A stretch of 64,000 nucleotides of DNA, taken from assembly GCA_002269645.1 (NCBI GenBank), contig NIVC01001081.1, forward strand, positions 1 through 64,000. The letters are read 5' to 3'. Below are positions 23,056 to 35,989 of the stretch, piece by piece. This stretch comes from Macrostomum lignano (lineage: Eukaryota). The first letter of the stretch is position 1; each line of letters opens with the position of its first letter. The notes under the pieces were generated by a model. That model was not told the origin of the DNA and did not search any database. It was given only the letters and a program-made list of their open reading frames with translations. The position numbers were made by a program, and so were the translations under genes.

Positions 23056-24853
23056 GGATGCCACAATTTGACTGCCGACAAAACGACTGCCGACAAAATG
23101 ACTGCCGACAATTTGACTGCCGACAAAATGACTGCCGACAAAATGACTGCCGACAAAATGACTGCCGACAAAATGACTGCCGACAAAATGACTGCCGACA
23201 AAATGACTGCCGACAAAATGACTGCCGACAAAATGACTGCCGACAAAATGACTGCCGACAAAATGACTGCCGACAAAATGACTGCCGACAATTTGACTGC
23301 CGAGCAATTTGACTGCCGAGCAATTTGACTGCCGACAATATGACTGCCGGAAAATGATGCTCCTAAAGTTTAGCACTCTGTCACCCTTTTTAAGTCTGCA
23401 TGTAATGAAATATTGTATTTAGAATGATGCAGAACAGAATACATAACCTTTATAATACAACAAGCTGTTGAAACCCGCGGATTTTGATCCCGGGGAATTC
23501 CAATCCCAGGAACTATTTTTGCATGCATTCTAAAATCTGAGGTTAAACTCAAACTCTGAGGTTAAGATGGAGTTAAACATAAAATAGAGTACATTCGTGT
23601 AAAATTAAGATTTGAGGCAAACATTGATATTGTTGGCTGGGGTGCTGCGCAGATCGTGTCAAGCAAACTCTGGCCTCTACCTCTGCCTCTCCCTATGTCC
23701 CTTGCATCCTTTGAAACTTCCATCTTCTCTTCTGTTTTCTCACTTCTCTCTCGTCTCTGCTCTCTCATCTCTCTCCTCTCTTCTCACTCCTCTCTCCCCC
23801 CTCTTTCCCCCTCTTATATCCTCTCTTCTCTATCCTTTATGTCTCCTCTCTCGATCCTCTTTTTATCTCCTCTCTGCTCTCTTATCTCTACTCTCTTCTC
23901 ACTCTTCTCTACTCTCCTCCCTCATTAATCCTCTGTCTCATCTCCTCCCTCTTCTCACTCCCTCTTCTCACCTCTACTCTTTCCTCTCCCTCCTCTCTCC
24001 CTCCTCTCGCTTCTTCCTCCCCTATTCTCTGCTCTCTCCTCACCCCTCGTCTCTCCTCTTATCTTCTATCTTTTCTCTTATCCCCCTCTCGCCCCTCCTC
24101 TCTTCTAACAGTCTATTCCTTCTCCTTTCCACTCGCATCTGGCCCACAGCCATGAGCTGGATTCTTTATCTGGCCTTTGAGGTTAAAGTGTGCCAATCCC
24201 TGCTTCGAAAGCCAGTTTGTGGGACGTAGTACTATCATGGTCGTTATCATTTCTCATGCTTTAATCACGTCATCTTTCTGGCCAATTAGCAGCCCTGAGA
24301 GGAGTTTGTGTATATCCAGCTCCACCGCAGTTTGTAGCAGTCTAACAACCAAGGAAATATGCATTTTTAAGGAGGCCATTTAAATTTTAAGGTATACCTT
24401 TATGTGAAACTTAATGCTAAAATTTTCACATGGATTGCATTGTAATCGGTTATTCATTAATTTTTGCTCGGCAGTCAAATTGCCACAGTCATATTGTCGG
24501 CAGTCAAATTGCCACAGTCATATTGTCGGCAGTCAAATTGCCGCAGTCATATTGTCGGCAGTCAAATTGCCGCAGTCATATTGTCGGCAGTCAAATTGCC
24601 ACAGTCAAATTGCCGCAGTCATATTGCCACAGTCAAATTGCCGCAGTCATATTGTCGGCAGTCAAATTTCCGCAGTCATATTGTCGGCAGTCAAATTGAC
24701 CGCAGTCAAATTGCTCGGCATTCAAATTGACCGCAGTCAAATTGCTCGGCATTCAAATTGACCGCAGTCAAATTGTGGCAGTCAAATTGACCCAGTCAAA
24801 TTGTGGCAGTCAAATTGTGGCAGTCAAATTGTGGCAGTCAATTGTCGTAGACC
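23056..24853. mobile_element. Non-autonomous foldback/MULE-like DNA transposon with repeat-built inverted arms
   Basis: Flanked by direct repeat CGTCAGTGCA (23046-23055 and 24854-24863); ends GG...CC. Left arm (ACTGCCGACAAAATG)n at 23060-23345; right arm the inverted (GTCGGCAGTCAAATT..)n at 24465-24850. No transposase. Confidence 0.8.
23690..24130. repeat. CT-rich low-complexity tract
   Basis: Almost purely pyrimidine; a similar tract at 31490-31940 has similar upstream sequence. Confidence 0.85.
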
Positions 24854-26089
24854 CGTCAGTGCAGGCCGTTACCCGCTTGAAAAGTTAATCTAGAATAAAA
24901 AAATTCCAGATGTTTCACCAGGTTTTTACTTATACCTGCAACTTTACCCATTGTACAAAATCCAAGCCAAGGACCACTGTTTATAAGGCACTTAAAGCCC
25001 GCTGGTTTCAAAGTCATGAATTACGACAGCTACAATAACTTTACTGAATTTATTAGTGAGTTACTGAAAAGTCCCATGACTTGAAGATATCTAAGTATCA
25101 ACATTGGTTTGCGATTTTACGACCCGGCTTCGCACTGCAAGACTATTGAAACGAACTGCAATAAGGTAATTAAATAGTGTCAAGATTTCTGAGGTTAGTA
25201 CGCCATTCAGCATGGTTAAAGGCGATTGTGAGGTAAACAGCAAAATGTTCATAAAGAAGCCGAATAATATCGATTTTTTTCATCCAACTTCCGGACCTTC
25301 GCTTTGTGCCTGTTTGGTCTTGAACTCACTGCATTGAAGCCCAAATATAGTGGTAACACTCAAATGCTTTTTCTGCTGAACCACCCCGCACTTTCCTTTG
25401 TTTTACAAAGCGCGGCGATGAAGTGTTTGGTAGCTGCGGTAGCTGTCAAAAAAAGGTCTCGAGTCCATTCGGCCCTCTGGTTTTTGCTGAAGTCCATGAG
25501 GAAGGAAAGGAAAGAAACCGGCGTTAACAAAACTGCCTTGCTTTGTCAAATTCGATATTTTACCGTGAAGCAGAATCGTTTTTTCATAAAAGATCGCAAA
25601 TCTGCGCCTGTAGGGCTTCCTTGACTTCAGGACGGTGGGGATGTGACGCTGAATAATACAACCAAAATTTACTCTTTTGTCCACATTTCCCTCTGTTGCT
25701 GCAATTCTTTTGTTAAACTCACCAACAGCCTCCGATCGCGCTGTGATTCTTGCTACCAGCTACCTGGCTACATTTTGCAGGACTAGCATACAATTTGAAG
25801 CTTAGATAGAGTCCGCGCGAAGACGCGTAGTGGTAATTACCGGCACAAAAGAATATTTCCGACGTACCACTGGTACATCCCAGAGCCGTCGCATTTGCCC
25901 CAGGAGCGAACTTCAACTTCAGCTGCTTGTGACATTCATGCATGGGTTGGGTTGTGGAGGTTTTTGGTCGGCCCATGAGTTTGCATCCGGTTGGGACCAT
26001 ATATTCATTTAGAAAAAGATTAACGTTTTCCAACAGAAAGGAAACTGAAAACCTGCAGCACTGCAGTCGAGGCAGTTGCGTCGGAGGCT

Positions 26090-28296
26090 AATAAACTAAA
26101 AGCTTTTTCTGCACCTCATACTCCAGTACACCAAATACGAGCTACTTAGGCGACCCTCAATGACCCAGGATCCCAACAGAAAGCAGCCCTACTCAATTGA
26201 GAGCTCGTGCTGTCGAAGAGTCAAAACTGGGATTCGGGAGCCAGACTGCAGACACAGCAGCACCCTGCCGATCGAGATGCACATCAGTCCGCGTCTTCTG
26301 TGCGATGATTTTGACAGTCGGAGCTGAGCCCGACCTCTTCGTCGATGAGAAGGGAGTTCACGGCTGACTTTTTGGGGGAAGGCGAGAGAGCGAGTCACAG
26401 CTGCCGTGCCTCGCCGTCGGTTTGAGCTCCAGGCTGTAGTCGTACTTGAAAAGCCAAATGGCACACCGCTGCACTGCGTTGCACTGCGGGATGCAGCATG
26501 TCCCGGGATGGCCTTGCGCTCTCGCAGCAGACCGAGGAGTGGCTGGTGGTCAGTGACGATGACAAGCCGAACATAATGGCCAGAGCCTCTTTGTCCGGCT
26601 GAGAGTAGTTACGCTGTGCCGGCGTCAGGCTGCGGCTTGCGAAGGCGATGGCTTGATCTTGGGTGCCAAGATCAATCTCCGAGTACAGTGGCATCTCTGG
26701 GTTGTAGTGCTGGGCTCTTCGTCAGCAGCTGGTTCATCGGTCCACGGTTGACAGGTGCGGCGTGAAATTCGAGTAATGGGTCAGCATGCCCTGCAGGTAG
26801 GCCCGCGGCTGGCTTTGTCTTTTAGGAACAGGCGCGTTCTGCACAGCTGTGACCTCGTCAGGCAGGGTCTGTGCGTTGCTTCGATGACCGAGATACTTCA
26901 CAAAGTCTTGGAAGAACAGGTACTTGGCCCTGTTTAGTCGAAGGCCAGCCAGCGTCCTGAAGACCCTACAGCACTCTAGTCAAATTCTAGTCTTGCCCGT
27001 GACAAGAATATTTGTTCATCTGCTCCTCTGCCAAGCCTGGTGAAGTTGTCTCAAATAGTGCTCTGGCGACGTTCTGGTCGCCTTATAGTTGATGCAGATG
27101 CGAATCTCAAAACCGGGACGATTGGAGCAGCCCAGTTTGAATGCTTTATCGGCGGGATGATGGCCCCGGCTTCGAGTCTTCTCAGCTCCTCGTCCTCACG
27201 CTCCCTCCGCGCGTACGGCACTGATCTGGATTTGAAGAATCGTGGCGTGTCCTGCTCGTCCACCTACAGCTTGACTTCGCCGTGGCGATAGCTCTTCAGT
27301 CCGTCGGCAAAGATGTCAGAGAACTGCTGCATCGTGGTAGGTTGCGGAGCTGGAGCTGACCAAGTTGACCTGAGCCACTTTGTCCAGCCTTAGTCGAGCC
27401 ATCCAGTCTCGTCCAAAGAGGGCGAAATTGACCTGAAAGACCATGTACGAGCAAAGGAAGAATTTCATTCTGGTTATTATTACGCACAGAGACCTTGGCT
27501 TTGCCCTGCTGCTTGCGTGTGGTGCACAATTTTGGTGGGCTGTAGGCGTAGTCCTGAAGCTGGAAGCCTCTCGTCCGCTATACTCTTTAGAACCAATGTG
27601 ACGGCTGACCAGGTATCTAGCTCGAACAGGAAGCTACCCGTGCAGTGGACTCTAGCTTCTTGACCCTGGCTGACCTGCAATTTTCTGGCTGTGACCCATC
27701 TTTCAGCAGGCATATGACACTTGGCATCACGTAATTTGCAGCTTTGTCGATTCTGACGCCGCCACATCCAGCGCAAGGTTGCTGCTGAGGCGCGTGCAGC
27801 GAGGCAGAGCTGCGGATTGGTTGCTGTGTTCGTTTATGCAGTATCGCCGACCGTCTCTGAAGTTCCTGGCGCTAGCAATTTCACTAGCGTACGTAGCGCG
27901 CGCGGTGCCACCTCCATCGCTAACACCGCTGTGACCAACAGCGCGTACGTCAGCTTTGAGAATTTGAGCAGCTTCGAGCAAAAGGCATAGCTACTAAACA
28001 TTCTGATCACACAGTCTCTCCCCTGCAGAGGATTTTCGAAGTTGCGGTGCATAGTAGCTACTTTGAGCCCGGCCAGGAAAGCAGCGAAGTCTTCTCCCGG
28101 CATGCAGCTATACCTCTTGCTAGAACTTGAACCGAGCGGCAATTTTGGATTAGGGACTTATAGTGATCCTGCAACATTTTCCTGGAGGTCGTCACCTGGG
28201 GGACTTGTCAGTCACCCTTTCTGGCTGACAAAGGTTTCTTAGTTCTACATGTATGCAGGCAGCTCCCTGTCCTATGGCGGTGCTGAATGTGGCCAT
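26090..28296 (-). mobile_element. Degenerate Gypsy/Ty3 retrotransposon remnant (gag-PR-RT-RNaseH fragments)
   Basis: Minus-strand fragments: FELDTWSAVTL (protease), PRFFKSRSVPYA...IKHSNWAAPIVPV (RT N-terminus), AIAFASRSLTPAQRNYSQPDKEALAIMFG (RNase H), gag-like start near 28296. Many stops and deletions; no LTR pair found. Confidence 0.85.
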
Positions 28297-31200
28297 GCGC
28301 CTTGGTGGTCTTCTCCGTAATCTTAGCACTTAAAAAAGTACGTACTTCCCGGCCCATGCAGCCTCTCCACGTAGACTATGAAGTCTGAGTTCTTTAATGG
28401 GAGTAGCACATACCCTAATTGGCCAAGGCTGCGGTAGGATTTACAGCTAATTCATCACAGAATTCATGGGCGTTTTTAAAACTCCTGCAAAAGCACAATA
28501 CCAAAATACGCTATACCAAAGCGGTACTGCACAGCACAGACAACGTGACTCCGACTTGAATTATTGCTCAAGTGGATGGGAATTGCCGAAATGTCGATGT
28601 CAATGGGGATGGCTGAGATGTCAAGGTTCATGGGATTCATGCATGGAGATTTCACAATTACATGTACATGTACGACCATAGTTTTCAAAACTGCAATGCA
28701 GTGTGCAATGTTTTGCAATGTGAAGCTTTGCAAGCTTGGCAATGTGATGAGCATCGAATAATTAATGTGGTTCATCAAGCAAAAAGAGTATCGTCAGATT
28801 CTAGAAGACGGCGCTTCCTATAACTGGATTCCCTCACAATTCATAAATTCATAAATTTTGGTACCTCCGCGCGTGCATGGTATACCCGCGCACGCTCCAT
28901 GGCAGTGCAGCAAAAAACCATGACCAGTCGTGAGAATAGGATCGGTGTGTAGAGCTCTTTTGTCCCGCACCCAACGCCTGCACAGGCAACGTGCAGGAGA
29001 ATTTACAGCGGAGTGGGCAACGGCAGAAGCCGACCAAGCATCTCCACGCAGGCTATATAAGGACCACTAGCTAGGAACACTACGTTATAGTCCTTGTCTA
29101 GTAGTGTAGTAGTCCTTGTATATATAAAGGGACCCTAGCCTCTAAAGATCCGCTCAAAGACCACTTTAGTACGAAGGACTAAGTGGTCCAATTGTTTAGT
29201 ACAACGACGAGGAAAGGAACTTTGGGTCCGTAAGTTAAAATTGTCCATTGACCATGCAGTCGACCCTCCATTTCTCAGCAGACGAACTGTCAGCAGAAAA
29301 AACGATTGGCACCCCTATAAGACACTGCGCACGTTGAGTCTTCTTTTAGACCTAATTTAATTAATGATTGTTGAACGGTTTTCAGCGTCATGAATATATT
29401 TTTGTTATGTTTAGCTACGTGCAAACGAACGAAGAACGTAACTTTGAGCTGCGTCAAGGATTGTTATTGTCGAGCGAGCTCGCCCTCATCGAATGGACCT
29501 ACAAGGCTGTTGTCTTTGCCTGATGCTGTACATTTAATGCCAATGTACACAAAGCTTCTTAAAAATATAATGTTAAGTAATTCTAGCTATAAAAACATTA
29601 CTTAGAATTATAAATAAGTAATATACCAACTTCCACAGTTCCAGTTAAGTTGCCAACCCAATAGGCCCTACCCAAAGCTTAAATTCCTTGCATACTGTAC
29701 ATGAGCATGATCTCTATTTGTGGGCCTGAGCCACTTTAATGCTTGAATTTTTTTATAGATTGCAAAATAAAAAATTACAAGAGAATGCAAGACAAAGCCA
29801 ATATATACTTTTTTACTTTTATCTTTTTATTTACAACTCAACTGAAGTTACTGAACCTATTAAGCCTATTTTACAGAGCCTTTTAATTGGCTAAAAAGGT
29901 CCAAAAAGGAAATATTTTTATATTATATGATATCTACTATTATTGTATTAAACAAACTCTTATGTTATACTTATAGTTTGTTCTATTTAAGCTTTGTGTT
30001 AAACTGTCAATTTTAGATTAGAGTTCTTTAAATTTAAAAGAAAAAGACTAGAAGTCCTTTAATTTAATAGATAGTTGATAGATAAAAATAGAAGTATGAC
30101 AACAACTTTTATAAGATAATAGTTGAATCTAATTTAGGCCTACTTAAACTTCTATCTTATAAAAAGTTGTAATCATACTTTTATTTCTAATTTTCTACTT
30201 ATATTTCCATCTAGCTAGGTCTAAGGTCTATATATTTTATTACTATTACTTATTACTTATATTAAGCCTCTAGTATCAAATCTAAAGTCTTGAAATTATT
30301 GACTCAAAACAACAAAACTTTACTTATTACTTGACTAGACTATTACTTGTCTTGTCTAGACTTTACTGCATAAAATATTATTCAATTGAATACTCTTGTT
30401 GGCTTCTAGCTATACTATAGTTTATATAACAGGCCTAAAATATAAAATTAAATAATATCATTTTTTATATAAGGTATCAATTATATAACTCTATTAGATA
30501 GGCCTAGAAATGGCTTATTAGATCAGGGTAGATGCTTTTAATGCCTATGATATTTTATTAACAATCATCAATAATAATTAGGCCCCTAAGCTTTTATCTA
30601 ATAGTTTTTTATACTATTGGCTTAGGCTTAATATCTCAAAAATTCTATATTAATTGAATAAGGCTTTATTTTTTGAAAGTTAAAAAAGCTATTAGATAAT
30701 TTCCAAATAACATAAATAAAGGAAATTATAATTTGGCCTTAGGCTTGAGGATTAAATTGAATAATCAAATATTATTATTATTAAGGTTATTTTTATAGCC
30801 TATAATTAGTAATATTTTTATAACCTATAATATGTATTACATACATGCGCAACTTCTGAAATTATGCTGGCCGTGCAACTTAGTTTTCGATCAAAAATGC
30901 AACTTACCTATGATTCCCTATGAAAGAAAGCAAAGCAAAAAACTTTTGGGCAAGAGTAACTATGACCATATTTTAAGGTTAAATGCCTCGGCAGCTAATT
31001 AGTGCTGTGTGCAGATTACACATTTTATAATAGCTAATCAGTATGTCATGTAATGGCAGCCTGAGGCAATTAGTAATGACAATGAGTAAAGACAATGAGT
31101 AAAGACATTTATGATTCATGATTCATGACATGAGTCATGAAGAATCATAACAAAAGTCATGATTCATGAATTTCTAGAAATAAGTGAAGTGAATACAGTG

Positions 31201-31489
31201 TGACCTATAAAGAATAATTCCACTTGCTAGACAATTTGACATTGAAGCTGAGAGCCCTGATTCAAATGGCTCATCAGATGCAGAATATGAATCCAGTAGA
31301 GATACAAGCTGTGAAAACCCACAGATTTTGAAACCGCTGAATTCCAATTCCCGGAACTATTTTTGTATCTATAGATTCTTAAATTTGAAGTCATGCTCAA
31401 ACAAAAACTTGTTAACACTTAGGAAAAAGGCAAACAAAGATGGGAGTAAATGCATGTTGAATTAAGATTTGAGGTCCTTGCAAATTCTC

Positions 31490-32140
31490 TCCTTTCCTCA
31501 ATCTTCTCATCCTCTTTTTCTTTTCTCTCTCATCCCTCATCCCTTCTTCCTCTCTTCTCTCCTCTCTTTCCTCCTCTCTTATCTCTTGTCTCCTCTTTAC
31601 ATTCTTATCTCTCCTCTCGTCTCTCTCCACTTAACTCTCTCATCTTATCTCTCCTCTCTTCTCTACTCTTTCATCTCTCCTCTCTTCACTCTCCTCTCAT
31701 CTCCTCTTCATCCTCTCTTCTCTCGTCTACTCTCTCCTCTCCTTTCTTCTCTCCTCTTTCCTCTTTCCTCTCTTTTCTGATCTCATCCATCATCTTATCT
31801 TTCCTCTTTCCTCTCATCTCCTCTTCTCTCTCATCTCTTCTCCCTCAGCTTTTCTCTCCTCTTCTATCTTTTCTCCCATCGCATCGCTCGCCTCTCCTCT
31901 GTTTGCTTATCTCCAATCTTCTATTTCCTCTACTTTGAAGTAAGAAAATATGCACACATTTTTGCTGAAGATGAGAGGAGAGCAGAGGGCATTGAGGAGA
32001 AAGGGTAGAGAGAAAAGGGGAGAAAGGAGAGGCGAGAAGAGAGGAGAGTAAAAATGAGAGGAGAGAGAAGAGGGAAAAGGGGGGAGAGAGAGAAGAGGGG
32101 AGGCAAGGTAGAGAAGAGAGAGATGAGAGTTAAAGAGACA
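31490..32140. repeat. CT-rich tract followed by a GA-rich tract
   Basis: Pyrimidine tract 31490-31940, purine tract 31970-32140. Confidence 0.8.
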
Positions 32141-32364
32141 CCAACCTTGCTAGTTAGGAAGTTTCAAAGAACCCGAGGGGCGAGGGCCAGATAAAGGGGC
32201 TTCGCGAGCGGGAGTTTGCCAACCCCTGCTCCAGAGTTTAAGAAATCAATGGGAAACTGTTGACGCAGACTGCTGATTTCAAAGATCTTGTCTGCGGTTG
32301 AAGGCTTCTATTCTGTTTTTGCTCTCCTGCCACACTTGCACCTACTACCCCCTGATTGCCTCTG

Positions 32365-32990
32365 ATTGCGACTTACTGCGACTCTTATTGCGACTTAGTT
32401 GCTCCTTTTGTGACTTACCTAACCCTTTTTACGACTTACTAATCCCTTTGTGACTTACCTAATCCTTTTTGCGACTTATCTAATCATTTTGCGACTTGAC
32501 CTAATCCTTTTTGCGACTTAGTTGCTCCTTTTGCGACTTACCAAACCTTTTGCGACTTACCTAATCCTTTTGCGACTTAGTTGCTCCTTTTGCGACTTAC
32601 CTAACCTTTTTGCGACTTACCTAATCCTTTTGCGACTTACCTAATCCTTTTGCGACTTACCAAACCTTTTGCGACTTACCTAATCCTTTTGCGACTTAGT
32701 TGCTCCTTTTGCGACTTACCTAATCTTTTTGCGACTTACCTAATCCTTTTGCGACTTACCTAATCCTTTTGCGACTTACCTAATCCTTTTGCGACTTACC
32801 TAATCCTTTTGCGACTTACCTAATCCTTTTGCGACTTGACCTAACCCTTTTGCGACTTAGTTGCTCCTTTTGCGTCTTTGCGACTTACCTAATCTTTTTA
32901 CGACTTGCCTAATCCTTTTGCGACTTAGTTGCTCCTTTTGCGACTTACCTAATCTTTTTGCGACTTGCCTAATCCTTTTGCGACTTAAAA
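32365..32990. repeat. ~20-bp minisatellite (CTTTTGCGACTTACCTAATC)n
   Basis: About 30 units read directly. Confidence 0.95.
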
Positions 32991-33273
32991 AGGCATGATT
33001 GCTTATTCTACCAATTCTCATGAGTAGGCACACAAGTGTAAGGAAATATGGACAGTCCACATAGGAGTATAAAGCAGCCCTAACTTTTTTATTGTTAAGC
33101 ATGGTACACTTCACTGTGCCCTTTATAGGTTGATCTTCAAGAATGTTATTGCATAAGCAGACCAAAGCCATGATTCTAATTTAGCTTCAAATTTTTGTGA
33201 CTGCACTTGAAGAACTATAGCCAATTAATTTGAGCATCATATATATTGCCCCAGTAGGCTTTGAATGTTGCCT

Positions 33274-33585
33274 GGGGTAAAGCCTAAGTGGTTAGAGCAT
33301 TTGACTCATAACTGGAAGGTTGGGGGTTCGATTCATAACCCACTAGGAACAATTTGTGTCCTGGAGCAAGATACTTAACTCTGCATTGCTTCAGTTCACC
33401 CAGCTGTAAAATGGGTGCCAGTATTAGCTGGGGTAATTGAGGCTGTGTGGCGACCCCCCAGTCCTTGGACTGAACATCCGTACGCAGCCTTCAGATGCGC
33501 CGCGCAATAGCTGCGGCTGAGCTGTCGGTTGCACATCTGCCTATTAGGGCAAGTTTAATCAATTATTATTATTATTATTATTACT
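33274..33585 (+). mobile_element. tRNA-derived SINE with a CORE-like central domain and (ATT)n tail
   Basis: A-box-like TAAGTGGTTAGAGC, B-box GGTTCGATTC, central TGTGTCCTGGAGCAAGATACTTAAC...CAGCTGTAAAATGGG resembling the CORE-SINE domain, and an ATT tail at ~33563-33583. Confidence 0.78.
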
Positions 33586-34329
33586 GGGATAAATTTAGAT
33601 ATTTATTTAACAATTGTATACAGTCATGACTTTCTATATTTGATAGCCTTCCATAGCCATGCAAATATCAAAACTTATTTACATAGTGGAACTTGAGCTT
33701 CGTGTTAAACTGCCAATTCATGATGCCGGAGTCTGCGCTGCAGCAGCTCTGCTGCACAGTGGAGCTGCAGTGCGATAAGCCAGCTTACACCGCCAGCTTG
33801 CGCAGTCGTTCGGCAATCAAATCTCTCATTTTATTGGCCTGCAAAGATTTCTATGGAGAGTTGGGCTCGTTCCCCCTGACAGTTGGCCAGATCTCGCCCG
33901 GCTCTAGCATTGGCAGTTTCACCTTCAATGTTACTGTGCATAAGCAGCTGCTCAGTAAGCTCATTACCTGTCTGGCTCTGTGCTCAACTGTCCGTGATGC
34001 CAGAATTTCTGCTGTTGTTCAGACAGTGTCTGATGTGTCCTGATCTTAGCTCACTTGCTCAGTGTCAGTTATCATTATTCATATTTTTATTGCATTTCTA
34101 TGTGCTCAAAGTAAACTGGTTATTGTGCAGTCTGTCTGTACTGCTCTATAGATTTTGTAATTTGGTCTTTTCAATTTTTGTAGCTTCAATCAGCCATTGG
34201 GTGGTCTGTCCACGTGTTTTTGTTTTAATTTGATGAGTTAATGATATTGATATTTCAATCTCCAAGGGCTACTGCGGGCTTTGATTGCAGTCAAGTGATA
34301 TTTCTTCGTGATAATTCACGTGCTAGATC

Positions 34330-34840
34330 TTCAGTTGCTGGGATAGCAGATTCCCAGATCCTCAGTTGCTGGGATAGCAGATTCCCAGATCCTCAGTTGC
34401 TGGGATAGCAGATTCCCAGATCCTCAGTTGCTGGGATAGCAGATTCCCAGATCCTCAGTTGCTGGGATAGCAGATTCCCAGATCCTCAGTTGCTGGGATA
34501 GCAGATTCCCAGATCCTCAGTTGCTGGGATAGCAGATTCCCAGATCCTCAGTTGCTGGGATACCAAATTGCCAGATCCTCAGTTGCTGGGATACCAGATT
34601 CCCAGATCCTCAGTTGCTGAGATACCAGCCTCCCAGATCCCAGTTGCTGAGATACCAGCCTCCCAGATCCTCAGTTGCTGGGATACCAGCCTCCCAGATC
34701 CTCAGTTGCTGGGATAGCAGATTCCCAGATCCTCAGTTGCTGGGATACCAGCCTCCCAGATCCTCAGTTGCTGGGATACCAGATTGCCAGATCCTCAGTT
34801 GCTGAGATACCAGCCTCCCAGATCCTCAGTTGCTGGGCCA
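34330..34840. repeat. 31-bp minisatellite (GATCCTCAGTTGCTGGGATAGCAGATTCCCA)n, probably intronic
   Basis: About 16 units; ends ~100 bp before the acceptor at 34936. Confidence 0.95.
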
Positions 34841-34936
34841 CCAGATCCCAAGGCTTTGCCACCCGAACCCGAGCTGCCAGTGCCCCGAGTTCGCACCCAA
34901 TCAGCAGTCAAAGCCAGCCGCCTCCCCCGCCCGCAG

Positions 34937-35287
34937 GACGGCCCTTCCCTGCTCCGCGCAATGCTGCGCAACATCACGGCCGAGCACTGGCGCCAGACCA
35001 AGCAGGCCCTGCAGGTGTTACGCTCCAACGGATTCCACGGCAGCGTGCTGATCGAGCAGGACGAGCTGTACGTGACCGAATGGCGCGGCTCGGCTGTGCT
35101 GAGAGGCCGGGCGCAGAGCTTCTGGCTGTACGGCGTGCTGGTCTGCTGCCTAATCGCCTGCGCCACTGTGCTCCTGTCCATCCTGACGGGCTCGAGGCCG
35201 GCCTCGACTTCCGCGGCCACGCAGACGGACGAGAGAGCTCCCCGCCAGACTGAGGTTAAACTGAGCCCAGATGAAGCTCAGGCCTGA
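34937..35287 (+). CDS. Terminal exon of an unidentified membrane-anchored protein
   Basis: CCGCCCGCAG acceptor, then a phase-0 GC-rich frame DGPSLLRAMLRNITAEHW...FWLYGVLVCCLIACATVLLSIL (TM-like)...DEAQA*. No upstream exon recognised. Confidence 0.6.
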   Translation, partial: DGPSLLRAMLRNITAEHWRQTKQALQVLRSNGFHGSVLIEQDELYVTEWRGSAVLRGRAQSFWLYGVLVCCLIACATVLLSILTGSRPASTSAATQTDERAPRQTEVKLSPDEAQA

Positions 35288-35989
35288 TGCTGGAATTTGA
35301 GTCAGGGCAACAAGCGTCCATTTCCAACTGAGCTCCGTCTAGATATTTATTCGGAAGTCATTCCTTTGTCTCCAAAAATGTATTCGGATTATTTTAATTT
35401 TCCGTCTTTTTTATTTTAAAAACAAATTTCAAATTGTGATTTTTATGCTTTCAGTTTCGCATTATACTACTGCTGCTTCTGTGGTCGATGAGTAGGCAGT
35501 ATAAACTTTTATATCAATAAACTCTTACGCTTGAAGCTTTTTTGTGTTATATGAAATTTTTATTCGAATATTGGTAGTCAAATTGATTTTTGCCAAGCTG
35601 TGTCTTCAGTTTTTTAATTCATATTTATTTATTTATACAAATTGATTTTTGTCATTTGCTACGGCACATGCTTTCATAGCGTGCTTACCGTCTTTATTTT
35701 AAATTGTGTTTCTACCTATCCAGCTTTGCTTATCGGTGTCAGCATCAGTGTCTGCGTTAGCCAGGATTTTTTCCCATATTAATAGCCGCAGATGTTACTA
35801 AGTGTCAACCCCTATTACTGCTGATTCACTGCACTTTATCTTGCGTATTCAGCCTAGCGATAAACTTCTTATTTTATCGCTATTAAAAGCAGGGCCTCGG
35901 CTCTTCATCATTTCTGTTTATTTATTTCATTTTTATAAGAAACTCCACTTTATGTCTAAGAGCTCGTTGGCTTGCTAGCTCCCTTGCCG

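Noticed and set aside
23612-24229. Leu/Ser-rich, TM-looking ORFs (also 31450-31938)
   Set aside because: Translation of CT low-complexity tracts.
28830-29330. Possible solo LTR with TATA boxes, PBS-like ACGACGAGG and a gag-like start on +
   Set aside because: No second LTR copy or TG...CA boundaries could be established.
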